Source of the DNA: Azolla caroliniana
Taxonomy: Eukaryota > Plantae > Polypodiophyta
Assembly (NCBI GenBank): GCA_043228905.1
Contig: JBHGNT010000012.1
Coordinates: 19,468,001-19,532,000, forward strand
Direction: 5' to 3'
Length of the DNA: 64,000 nucleotides
Position numbers and translations under genes: made by a program. Below, in pieces: positions 51,785-64,000 of the stretch. Within the stretch, counting starts at the first letter, position 1; every line of letters begins with the position of its first letter. The notes under the pieces are model-generated. The model saw nothing but the letters and a program-made list of their open reading frames with translations, was not told where the DNA came from and made no database searches.

Positions 51785-54700
51785 TGTTGGGATTTCGGTC
51801 CCTTTCGGATGGGATGGTCGGATATCGGAGATGAATGCCGACAAGCCCGGTTTCGGTTTCGGATCCGGATGACGAAGACCCCGGCTTCGGTGCCGGATGA
51901 CGAATGTACCCGGAGAGCGATCCGGATGCAGGGACATATCCGTGAATATGTTCGCTACGAGCCCCCTGAGGCTATAGTTGTAAATAGCCCAAAGTCATAT
52001 AAGTATAAATATGACTTAGGGCAAACAGTTTTTGTGTTGCTTCTCATTTTTTTTGTTTTTCCACTTTAGAGGAGTGAAGAGAGAGCAGCCGTGAGAGAGA
52101 GAAAGAGAGAGAGCGCGAGAGAGAAAGAGGTAGACGCCTCTGTGTATTTCCGCCGCCTGTGGCGAGGACAGCGAGCTCAAGGTCGTCGCCTTGGAGCTCG
52201 TCATTGTATACTTCTCTGTATAGTGTTGTTTGGAGTCTTGTACTCCCGTGGTTTTTCCCCGTTTAGGGTTTTCCACGTTAATCCTTGTGTACTCGCGTTT
52301 CTTCGTTTTGTTTCTACGTGTGTTTCCTATTTTCTGCTCCATTGATCCGCGATTAATCGGTTGTGGCCGAGATAAGAAGGTGGATAGAAGGGCCTATTCC
52401 TTACAAACTGGTATCAGAGCGACTGTTGCAGAAAATGGAAGGCGGCGGCAGCGGGCAGCCGATGATGATGGTGCTGAATGCACAGAATTACGCCGACTGG
52501 AAGATCAAGATGGAGGATCTTCTGATTGTTCGGGACCTGTACGAACCGATTGACAGGTCGGAAATACCGAAGGGGGTACTTGAGTCAGAGTGGAAGCTCC
52601 TGAACCGGAAAGCCGTAGCGACGATCCGACAATATGTCGACGTAAGCGTCCTGCAACATGTGGCGAACGACACCAACGCATACGAGATGTGGAAGAAGTT
52701 GTCTGGCCTCTATGAGAGGAAGAATGCGTTGAACCGGACCTCCCTGATGAGGAAGATTGTGAATCTCAAGTATCGGGACGGCGAGAGTATGGTGGAACAC
52801 GTAAGCACGTTCATGGGATTCGTGAACCAGCTTGCGGCGATCAAGTTCCCGTTGGAGGATGCAATGCAAGCCATCATCCTGATGTGTACATTGCCGGAAA
52901 GCTGGGAGAACTTGGTGGTGACTCTCAGCACCTCGTGCACCGAAGATAACTTGTCCTTACAAACTGTAAAGACAAGTATTCTGAATGAAGAAGCGCGTCG
53001 GAGAGATAAGGAACCGGCCTCCGACCCGAAGATGCTGTTTACCGAATCGGATCGGGGAAGACAATGGAACCGGAGTCCGCAAAGACGGGAGAAGTCGGGG
53101 ACCCGGTCGCAGTCAAGAGGAAGGCCCACATGCTTCCACTGTGGGAAGCCGGGGCACTTCCGAAAGAATTGTCGGCATTACCGAAAAGACAACGGAGCCG
53201 ACGACACCGACTCGAAGAAGTCACCGGAGAGAAACGGTGCATACCGGGGAGCCACGGACCGGAGAGGTTCGGATCGGCGAGGGCAAGACCGGAAAGGAAC
53301 AACGGCACTCGCGGCAAGTGAGGAAGAAATCATGCTCATCACCGAAGAAGGTGAGCTAAACGTTGCCGGCGATGAGACGACCTGGGTGGTCGATTCCGGA
53401 GCATCGTTCCACCTGACCCCGGAGAGAAGATACTTCTCATCCTACACAGCCGGCGAGCATGGCTGTGTTCAGATGGGAAATGAAGGTACGTGCCGGATTG
53501 CCGGCATAGGAGACGTGTGGTTGACAACCCCGACCGGATGCAAAATGCTGCTGAAAGATGTCCGACACGTTCCGGAGGTCCGATTGAACCTGATTTCGGC
53601 CGGGAGGCTAGATGATGAAGGCTACACGGGTAGCATCCGGAACGGTGTCATGAAGTTCAGCAAGGGGAGCTTGATAGTGGTTCGGGCCCGGAAGGTCAAC
53701 ACACTGTACCTGATGAATGCCCGGTTATGTCCGGAAGAGCTGAACGTGGCAGCCGTCGCTGCCGGTGAGCTGTGGCACAAGCGACTGTGCCACATGAGTG
53801 AGAAGGGGATGAAGAGGCTTGCAGAAGACAACCTTATTCCAGTGAAGCATGTGCACCTGGAGAAGTGCACCGACTGCCTGGCCGGTAAGCAAAACCGAAC
53901 CTCCTTCCACTCAAGGCCACCGACGAGACGTAGCGCACCATTGGAGTTGGTGCACACTGATGTGTGTCAGGTAGAAACGAAGTCACATGGCGGAGCCCAG
54001 TACTTCGTGACATTCATTGATGATCACAGCCGGAAGCTGTGGACGGCACCGTTGAAGACAAAGGACCAAGTGTTGTCCGTTTTCAAAGAACTCCACGCGA
54101 GAGTGGAAAGAGAATCCGGCAAGAAGCTGAAAGCGATACGAGCGGATAACGGAGGGGAATACCGGGGGCAGTTCCAGGAGTACTGTCGCTCGAAGGGAAT
54201 CCGGCTCGAGTTTACTGTGCCGAAGACGCCGGAACTGAACGGGCTGGCCGAGAGGATGAACCGGACCATAATGGAGCGGGTCCGGAGTATGCTGGCGCAT
54301 GCGAAATTACCCAAGGGGTTTTGGGCTGAGGCAATGTCGACGGCGACATATGTGATAAACAGATCACCCTCAGTTCCTTTGGACGGAGACACGCCGCAGA
54401 GAGTGTGGACCGGTAAGGAAGTGTCCTACCGGCATCTGAAGGTGTTCGGGTGTCTCGCATACGTGCATGTGGCAAAGGACCGGAGAGGAAAGCTAGATCC
54501 TAAGACCCGGCCATGCATATTCCTCGGTTACGGCGACGACGAGTTCGGCTACCGAGTATGGGACCCGGTCGACAAGAAGATATTCAGGAGTCGAGACATC
54601 ATCTTCATGGAGGACAAGACACTCGCCGACTGGGAGTCGGAGAAGAAGATGAAGAGCTCCAAGTCGATCGGTGAGGATCAACTCTACGAGGAGCAGTCCC

Positions 54701-57142
54701 GACCGGCAAGGGACCGGTTAACACTCGAGGATCCGGCCGAAGACGGTGAAGAAACAGAACCGGCCGAAGAAGATGAAAATGATACCGGAACCGGCCCCGA
54801 TCCCGAAATGGATTCGGATGAAGAAGAAGAATCGGAAGAACCGGTTACCGAAGCTCCCGAACGGAGATATCCTCTAAGAGAGAGGAGAGCCCCCCGGAGA
54901 TTTCCGGAACCAGAGCACGTGCTGCTAACCGACGAAGGGGAGCCGGAGAGCTTTGAAGAAGCAAAGCATGACACCCAGAGCCGCAGGTGGTTGAGTGCCA
55001 TGCAGGACGAGATGGATTCCCTGCATGAGAACCACACATATGAACTTGTGGAGTTGCCGAAAGGAAAGCGGGCACTTCGAAACAAGTGGGTGTTCAAGCT
55101 GAAACCGGGAGAGGCCGGAAACCCCACGAGATACAAAGCCAGGATCGTGGTGAAGGGGTTCCAGCAAAAGAAGGGCGTCGACTTCGACGAGATATTTGCC
55201 CCGGTAGTGAAGATGACCTCCATCCGGACGGTGCTGAGCATAGCGGCAAGCATGGACCTCGAGGTAGAACAGATGGACGTGAAGACAGCATTCCTTCACG
55301 GTGACCTCGAAGAAGAAATCTACATGCAGCAACCGGAAGGATTCGAGAAGAAAGGGAAGGAGCACCTGGTATGCCGGTTGAAGAAGAGCCTTTACGGACT
55401 GAAGCAGGCTCCCCGGCAATGGTACCGGAAGTTCGACTCCTTCATGACCGACGAAGGGTACCTCAAAACGCAGTCCGACCACTGCGTGTTTGTGAAGAAG
55501 TTTGAAGGAGGAGACTTCCTAATACTCCTCCTGTACGTGGACGACATGTTGATCGTCGGACGGGACCATGTCAAGATACGGATGCTGAAGAAGGCTCTTC
55601 ACCGAACCTTCTCAATGAAGGACCTGGGTCCGGCGAGGCAAATACTAGGGATGCACATCATCCGGGACCGGAAGAAGAAGCAGTTGTGGCTGTCACAGGA
55701 GAAGTACGTGACAAAGGTGCTTCAACGGTTCAACATGTCGGAAGCAAGACCGGTCGGATCGACCCTCCCGGCAAACTGCAAGCTGACCAGCAAGCAAAGT
55801 CCCAAGACAAAGGCTGAAAAGGAGGATATGATGGAAGTGCCGTATGCCTCAGCCGTCGGGAGCTTGATGTACGCCATGGTGTGTACGAGACCGGACATAG
55901 GATATGCAGTCGGAGTGGTGAGCCGGTACATGAGCAATCCCGGCAAAGAGCATTGGAACGCGGCCAAGTGGATACTCTGATACCTGAAGGGCACGGCAAA
56001 CGTGTGCCTCCGATTCGGCTCCGGTAAGCCCGAACTCGACGGCTTCACCGATTCGGATATGTCGGCTGATGCAGATACCAGCCGGTCCACATCAGGGTAT
56101 GTGATGACGTATGCAGGGGGAGCTGTTTCGTGGCAGTCGAGGCTGCAGAAGACGGTTGCGTTGTCAACCACGGAGGCGGAGTACATGGCAGCTGTTGAAG
56201 CCGGCAAGGAAATAATATGGATGAAGGACTTCATTAGAGAGCTCGGTATCCGGCAAGAGGAGTACCGACTCTACTGCGACAGTCAGAGTGCCATCCACCT
56301 TGCGAAGAACGCAGCCTATCACTCCCGGACGAAGCACATCCAGCGAAGATATCACTGGATCCGGGAAAGGATAGAAGACAAGGAGTTCGTGCTGACGAAG
56401 ATCCACACCGACGAGAACGGGTCGGATATGCTGACCAAGGTGCTCACACCCGACAAGCTGGAAGCATGCCGGAAGAGGATCGGATTGGAAAGACATCCCA
56501 TGCCGAAGTGAAGGGGGAGTTTGTTGGGATTTCGGTCCCTTTCGGATGGGATGGTCGGATATCGGAGATGAATGCCGACAAGCCCGGTTTCGGTTTCGGA
56601 TCCGGATGACGAAGACCCCGGCTTCGGTGCCGGATGACGAATGTACCCGGAGAGCGATCCGGATGCAGGGACATATCCGTGAATATGTTCGCTACGAGCC
56701 CCCTGAGGCTATAGTTGTAAATAGCCCAAAGTCATATAAGTATAAATATGACTTAGGGCAAACAGTTTTTGTGTTGCTTCTCATTTTTTTTGTTTTTCCA
56801 CTTTAGAGGAGTGAAGAGAGAGCAGCCGTGAGAGAGAGAAAGAGAGAGAGCGCGAGAGAGAAAGAGGTAGACGCCTCTGTGTATTTCCGCCGCCTGTGGC
56901 GAGGACAGCGAGCTCAAGGTCGTCGCCTTGGAGCTCGTCATTGTATACTTCTCTGTATAGTGTTGTTTGGAGTCTTGTACTCCCGTGGTTTTTCCCCGTT
57001 TAGGGTTTTCCACGTTAATCCTTGTGTACTCGCGTTTCTTCGTTTTGTTTCTACGTGTGTTTCCTATTTTCTGCTCCATTGATCCGCGATTAATCGGTTG
57101 TGGCCGAGATAAGAAGGTGGATAGAAGGGCCTATTCCTTACA
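51785..57142 (+). mobile_element. Young full-length Copia (element A family) nested in an older relative
   Basis: 621-bp LTRs 51785-52405 and 56522-57142 (no differences spotted); TSD TGAAG; PBS 52409-52420; PPT. Confidence 0.98.
52435..56511 (+). pseudogene. gag-pol: Copia Gag-Pol with a single premature stop (CGA>TGA at 55978-55980)
   Basis: Protein nearly identical to 1076-5149; the frame continues after the stop. Confidence 0.93.
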
Positions 57143-58896
57143 TGAAGGTGTTCGGGTGTCTCGCCTATGTGCATGTAGCAAAGTACAAGAGAGTGAAACT
57201 AGAAGTGAAGTCCCACCCATGCATATTCGTTGGATATGGCGACGATGAGTTCGGCTACCGGGTGTGGGACTTGGTCGAGACAAGAAGGTCTTCCGGAGTT
57301 GAGACATAGTCTTCATGGAAGACAGGACAATGACTGGGAGTCGGAGAAGAATATAGTGAACTCCAAGTCGAGAGAAAGAGATGCAAGGATCCATCCGGCT
57401 AGAAGTCAGACACTCGAAGAACCGGGTGGATTCGGACAAGAGACCGAACCGATCGAAGAAGAAGAATCGGACATCGGAACCGGTCAAGACCCCGAATCAG
57501 ATTCAGATGGGGAACAATTGGAGGAACCGGTGTTTGAAAATCAAGGACATAGATATCCCCCCCTGGGAGATTTCCGGATACAAAGCATGTGTTGCTGACT
57601 GACGAGGAGGAGCCGGAAAGATTCAAAGAAACAAAGAATGACACCCACGGCCGCAAGTGGTTAAGTGCCATGCAGGACGAGATGGATTCCCTGCATGAGA
57701 ACCACACGTATGAACAGACGGAGTTGCCAAAAGGAAATAGAGCGCTCCGGAACAAGTGGGTGTACAAGCTGAAATTGGGAGACATCGGAAATCCACCAAG
57801 GTACAAAGCCCGGATCATGGTGAAGGGGTTTCAACAGAAGAAAGGAGTGGATTTCGATGAGATCTTTGCCCCGGTGGTCAAGATGACGTCCATCCGAACT
57901 GTGCTGAGCATAGTGGCAAGCATGGACCTCGAGGTAGAGCAACTAGACGTCAAGACGGCATTCCTACATGGCAGCCTCGAAGAAGAGATCTACATGCAAT
58001 AGCCGGAAGGATTCATCAAGAAAGGGAAGGAGCACTTGGTATGCCAGTTGAAGAAGAGCTTATACGGACTGAAGCAAGCTCCCTGACAATGGTACCGGAA
58101 GTTCAACTCCTTCATGACCTATCACAGATATCACAAGACGTAGGCCGACCACTGCGTATTCATGAAGAAGTTTGATAGAGGAGACTTCCTGATACTCCTG
58201 TTATATGTGAATGACATGCTTATCGTTAGTCTGGACCAAACCAAAATCGGGAATCTGAAGAAGGCCTTGAACCCGACCTTCTCAATGAAAGATTTGGGTC
58301 CGGGCGACAAATATTGGGGATGCACATAGTCCGGGACTGGATGAAGAAGCTATTGTGGTTGTCACAGGAGAAGTACATGACAAAGGTGCTTCAACGGTTC
58401 AACACGTCGGATGCCAAGCCGGTCAGGTCGACACTCTCGGTAAATTGCAAGCTATCTGGAAAGCAAAGTCGAAAGACAAAGGCGGAGAAGTTAGAAATGA
58501 TGAAGATACCATACACCTGATGTACGCAATGGTTTAAGAGAAATCCGAGAAGAGAACACTGGATTGCGGTAAAGTGGATACTCCGATACCTGAAAGGCAC
58601 CTCGAGCATGTGCCTCCGATTCGGCTCAGGTAAACCTTTACTAGAAGGCTTTACAGATTGGGATATGTCGGCTGATGCGGATACTAGTTGGTCAACTTGC
58701 AGATATGTTATGACATATGTAGGGGGTGTCATATTGTTGTAGTCGAGGCTGTAGAAGTCCGTTGCACTATCAACAACGGAAGCAGAGTACATGGTGGCCA
58801 TGGAAGCTGGTAAAGAGGTAATCTAGATGAAGGACTTGATCGGAGAGTTAGGGATCCGACAGAAATAATTCAGGCTCTATTGTGACAGTCAAAGTG

Positions 58897-60303
58897 TGTA
58901 AAAGAACAGCATGCGGAAGCAATAGAAAACCGAACATAGAAACGCAGGTTTATTGGAGAGCTTAGAATATACATAGTACGCGGGAGAGAGAGAGAGAGAG
59001 AGAGAACACACAGAAACTCTATTAAAAAATAATACTCAATCTGTACATTGTATGTGTTCAGGGAACACTTTTATACAAGTCCATACGGACTAACAGAAGT
59101 ATGGTGTACTTCAATGCTCACATGAGCGTCTAACACTAACTACAAGACATTAACTACCTAGTAGTGTAGGCTGCTACTAGGCTTCCGGTTACTGATGGAT
59201 CCGGCTAATCGGCTCCCCAGCTCACCGGCGTACTTGCTCACCGGCTCACCAGTCTGGTTCATCCTTCCGGATGCCGATCCGGCTCAGGCTTATTCAGCCG
59301 ATCCAGATCCGATTGAGCTTGCCGCTCAACACTCCCCCTCAAGCTCAACTTGAGGTTGGATTGTAGTGTCAGTCTCCATGGCAGCCGGTCCTTCCATCCG
59401 CCTCCATCTAGTGTCACTCCGCCTCGGTTCCGTTTTCCGCGACCCTTCTGTTTCTGTGCACCTCGACCTCCTCGGTCGGCTTGTCTGTTCAATAGGCCCA
59501 ATTCAGCTCCCTCATTGTTGTGACTTCGGTGCTAGTTGATTTGCCGATTCCTTCATGTTGGCGTCGACTTTCGCTGCCTTCTCGTCATCTTGGCCTTGAA
59601 TTGATCCAGTTCTTCTGAATCCTTCTGTTGAACCGAATCGGTTGTCTCTGATTCGTTCCAGCTCTTGTCCGAATCGGTCGCTCCCGATTCATTTTCCGGT
59701 TCCAGGCCCTTCACCACATCAGACCATGTCCGGGTCTTGGCCTTCTTCTTCCGGTCGGCTCTGTCCTTCTTGACTCTACCGTCGCTGCCACTTGTTCCGA
59801 CTTGTTCGGATGTGTCAACTTCCTTTGTCGACTCGGCTCCTTTCTTCTTCTTGTCTGTCCCCTTTTTGGTTCTTCCCTTATCGACGCAACCGACAATTTC
59901 TTTGCATTTGCCCGTTCCGGTGTCTTTGCCAGTTCTCCCCCTCAAGTGTGGCACGTCGAGATGTTGAACACCAAGCATTTCGGTGAAGTGTTGCAACTTG
60001 TCCGATCCAAGCGGTTTGGTGAAGATGTCGGCAACTTTCCGATCTGTATGAACATACCGAAGTTCGACTTCACCGCTCAGGACACGCTCACGCACGAAGT
60101 GGTAGTGCACTTCTATGTGCTTTGTGCGAGCATGGAATACGAGGTTCTTGGCGAGCTGCATGCTTCTTATGTTGTCGCAGTAGAGCAGGATCGGGGTCGG
60201 CACCTCGATCCGTAGGTCTTGCAGCAGTCGCCGAAGCCAAATGGCTTCACAGGTGGCAACGGTAGCGCCCCGGTATTTAGCCTCAGTGCTCAAAAGGGCC
60301 ACT
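58897..60303 (-). mobile_element. 3' end of a minus-strand Copia (RNase H with long in-frame tail, PPT, 3' LTR 58897-59331)
   Basis: STEAKYR…YCDN…HARTKHIEVHYHFVRE…ADIFTKPL motif; PPT GAGGGGGAG at 59332-59340; LTR with TG…CA ends. Confidence 0.85.
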
Positions 60304-61265
60304 TGTTACCCGTAAGAATATACGGGGAGGCATAAGGGTATGTGTAATGATATGGTTGATGTGTATGTATAATGTGAATGAGTGTGTGAGGATGAGTATG
60401 TGTATAAACACACGCACATTTGTGTGCATGTGTACAAAGGTGAGAAAGTGGGTAAGTAATGTAACTCGCTACTTGTCTCATTCTTTATTTGTAACTGTTA
60501 CCTCTTGTACTATATAAAACCCACCCACGGGGCATTATGGAATACAACTTTTTCCCTCTCATTTGGTGTCATTTCTTATTTTCACTCTCTCCTCTCTCTC
60601 TATCGTAACCCCATCGGGAGGGGGATGAAGCCATTCTAGGTTTCACCCCCCACCCTAACAACACTTTTGGCACGCCCGAACGGCCGACCTCCCTTGAGAA
60701 GAGGTCACTCTTTCCCTCCCTCACTCTCCCTCTCCATCACTGATCTTTATCTCTCCCTCTCTGTACGTGTCTGTTAATGTTTGTCTAGAGAGTATTGTGT
60801 TGTGCATGGACTCTTTGTGTGGTAGCCAGCCTATGATGGAGAAATCAACATTATTCCCTTGACATGAAGTCTCTCTTTATGCCCCTTTGTGTGACGTGAT
60901 TGTATGTCTCGATTTTAGTGTGGTTTTGAGAATATGTTGTGGATGCTTTTCTCGTTTCTATGGAGAGAAAGAGAGAAAAGATGAGTTCCTTTGATCTTGT
61001 GGATGCTTTTCTCGTTTCTCCGGAGAGAAAGAGAAAAAATGAGTTTCTCTGATCGTAAATATATCTATCTATACCCCTCCATGATGATGATATGATCTGA
61101 GAAATGGGTGTCACTTGAGGGCTCTCCTCATCGCAGACAAAAGGAGAAGGAACCAGGTAGCGGTGGAAGGTCTTAAGCTCTCAGATGGACGACAATGGTG
61201 AGTGGGAGAGAACATCTCTGCCCATGTCTTCTTCTCCTTCACACGAGGAAAAGCCAACTTCAAGG
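60304..61265 (+). mobile_element. 5' LTR (~60304-60660), PBS and leader of a probable Gypsy (Tat-like) element
   Basis: TGTTA…TAACA ends and a TATA box, followed by TGGCACGCCCG (non-Met, Arg-type PBS) at 60668. Confidence 0.65.
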
Positions 61266-64000
61266 TGTATGTATGGTAAACGAGAAATAGAAAGAGAGGG
61301 AGAAAGGGAGAGAGAGAAAGAGAGGGAGAAAGAATGTTTTATGATAATGTGTGTTTGTCTCTCTCTCTACAACCAACCAACCGACCACAGAGAGAGAATG
61401 TGGTGGTTATAGGTGCACCCTATTTTTGGGGTGCACCTTTTCATATCATAAGGTTACGTTTTGTATTTACTTTCTTATTTACTTATTTACACTAATTAGT
61501 TTATTACAACACCCCCCCATAAACTAATTAGTTGTGAACCGTTGTAATCCTAAATTTTCACAACAAGTTTCAAATTTGTCCGGAGGGAGAGCCTTTGTTA
61601 GAAAATCAGCCCACATATGATTTGTTGATGTAAACTCTAATGTAAGCTTGTTTTCTTCGGCTAACTCTCGTATAAAGTGATATTTTAAATCCACATGTTT
61701 TGTTTTCTCTGAGTGCTTTGGATTCTTCGTTAAGTAGATGCATGATATATTGTCGCAGAAGATTTTCAATTGGAGTGGTCCACATAGTTGGAGTTCTTTT
61801 ATCACTGTTTGCAACCATAATCCTTCTTTAGCAGCCAATGCCACTGCTACGAACTCAGCTTCAGCAGATGAGAGTGTCACAGATTCTTGTTTTTTCGATT
61901 GCCACGTCACTGCTGCTCCTGCCATTATAAAAGAAAAACCAGCAGTAGATCTACGAGAATCAATGTCCCCCCCCCAATCCGAATCAGACCAACCAACAAG
62001 TGATTTGATTGGTCTTTCGGATTGGGATCGTTTATATGTTAATCCATAGTTAGATGTGTGTTTTAAATATCGCATAACTCATTGAAGTGATTTCCAATGC
62101 ATAAGACCAGGGTTATGCATAAAGCGTGAAAGATAGTTAATTGCAAAACAAAGGTCAGGACGAGTCCCTGTGACTAAATATCGAAGTTTTCCTATTAATT
62201 GTTTAAAAGGAAATTGTTGCATAAAATTAATATCTCTTTTTGTGGTTGGACTATCAGATATGCTTAAGTTACATGTTAATGATAAGGGAGTAGTGCAAGG
62301 TTTAATGTTTAGCATTCCGAAGGATTTCAAAATTTCATTAATGAATTTATTTTGATGAATGATCAAGGTGCCCATACTACGATTACGCGTAACTTGCATG
62401 CCTAGGAAATAAGATAGGGGACCTAAATCTGTTATTGAAAATGCTTTGGAAAGCTCTAGCTTTGCTTGAGTAATTTCAGATGGTGTTCCGACTATAGGAA
62501 TGTCATCAACATATAATGCTACCACTAACAACCGATTAGATGAATGATTATGTCTAATGTATATATTTGGTTCTGATAACAATCTAGAATAGCCATGTGA
62601 GAGCATAAAATTGTTAAATTTTTGAAACCATAACCTAGGAGATTGTTTGAGTCCATAAAGTGATCGATGTAATCGACACACATAGTTTGGTTGAGATTGT
62701 GACTCAAACCCAGGAGGTTGGGACATGTAGATTTCCTCAGGTAAATCACCATGTAGAAATGCCGTTTGTACATCCAAATGATGTACTTTGAGATCAAGAA
62801 TGGTGGCTAGAGCCATTAGGAGCCGAAAAGATGCCATACGGAGGACGGGTGAAAAAGTCTCAGAATAGTCAAGTCCTTCAACTTGAGAAAAACCACGAGC
62901 TACAAGTCGAGCTTTGTAACGTGCAACAGTACCATCAGGGTTTAGTTTTTTCTTCAACACCCATTTGCATGAAATAGGTGAGCGTCCCATTGGGAGTGGT
63001 ACTAGAGTCCATGTTTTATTGGCCTCAAGAGATTCAAGTTCTTTTGCCATGGCGGCTTGCCATTCTACACGATCTGGACTTTGCAATGCCTCATTGATAG
63101 TTAAGGGATCATCAGAGACGTCTGATGTGGTTGTCGGGGAACCAAGAGCCGAAAAAGCAAACTCAGGTTCAAATCGATGGTCCGCAACAAGGGCATCAAT
63201 TTTTTGTGTGTGATCATAAAGATCTTGAATAGTACGAACTTTCTTTGGAGTCGATGTAGGGCTAAGTGAACTAGGTGATTTCGCATTGTCACAACAATTT
63301 TTATCTTCTACATGTTGACTATTAGTGGGATATGAGGTATTTCTACATCCTATTTTAATTACTTTTGCATCATTGTGACCATTGGTTTTCCCCTTATCAT
63401 TAAGGCGTGAGGATCTTCGTAGTGGGATCAAGAGATTTTGAATAGGATGGGAACCTGAATAATCAATGTGAGTTAATTGTGTTCTATCTAAAGGCTTTTC
63501 CTTATGAGTGCTAAATTGTTTATTAAGCCTTTGTTTAGTTTGCGTAGAGTTAGTATTTAAAATTGGAGTATGTACATCAGTTTGTTGTGATTGTTTGGTT
63601 ATTAGGGGCATTAAGTTGGAGTCATTGGTTGAAACTGGGACTTCTGGGCGAACCTCTAGAGATGAATGCATTAGTGGAGGAGGGTTAATTGGCATATGGT
63701 CAAGTGTGACTTGTTGAATTTCCGAGGACATTTGTGGAGCCCGCCAAGAATTAGTAGGTGATGATATTATTTCTTTATTAGATTCAATGTTAGACATGGT
63801 AGTCTCATCTTGTATCTTTTCATGGCCATGATGTGGGTGAGGATTAGATATTAGCTTATCTTCATCAAATATCACTCGTCGACTAAATATAAATCTTTTG
63901 GATTTTGGGTCATATAATCGATAACCCTTATAGCCATGAGGTTCGCCATACCCAACAAATATTGTGCGAACTGCGTGATTATCTAATTTTGATCGAGTTT
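61266..64000 (-). mobile_element. Minus-strand Copia (integrase end, RT, RNase H, 3' LTR ~61266-61511), continues past the window
   Basis: ORFs 62079-63875 (YVDD) and 61524-62075 (RNase H) separated by one in-frame stop; poly-G PPT at 61512-61518. Confidence 0.88.

Larger units (their letters stand above)
36844..58896 (+). mobile_element. Old degenerate Copia (element A family) inserted in a tRNA-Pro copy; host of several nested insertions
   Basis: LTR pieces (36844-36997, 38398-38535, 44320-~44510) resemble the element A LTR. Degenerate gag 44520-45216, PR/INT 50781-51784 and INT/RT/RH 57148-58896 are colinear with element A but carry many stops. Confidence 0.85.

Overview
Repeat-rich plant nuclear DNA with no recognisable host protein-coding gene. 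A non-angiosperm land plant such as a fern is plausible, but that is inference only. The left (1-11.6 kb) and right (36.8-64 kb) parts are deep nests of Ty1/Copia and Ty3/Gypsy LTR retrotransposons. Their boundaries can be resolved from LTRs, PBS/PPT and TSDs, and include two very young Copia insertions (327-5879 and 51785-57142). Region 11.6-16.3 kb holds LINE remnants, a solo-LTR-like element with a 4-bp TSD and a hAT MITE. The standout feature is a ~20-kb minus-strand tandem array (~16.45-36.84 kb) of roughly 90 tRNA-Pro-derived units, counted by eye. Its core is a ~0.95-kb higher-order repeat in which two slots hold intact tRNA-Pro(AGG) and tRNA-Pro(TGG) genes. The other slots hold position-specific degenerate or anticodon-shifted copies. 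The array is interrupted by a hAT MITE, a 3.8-kb TIR element, a ~320-bp foreign insert and finally a Copia nest.
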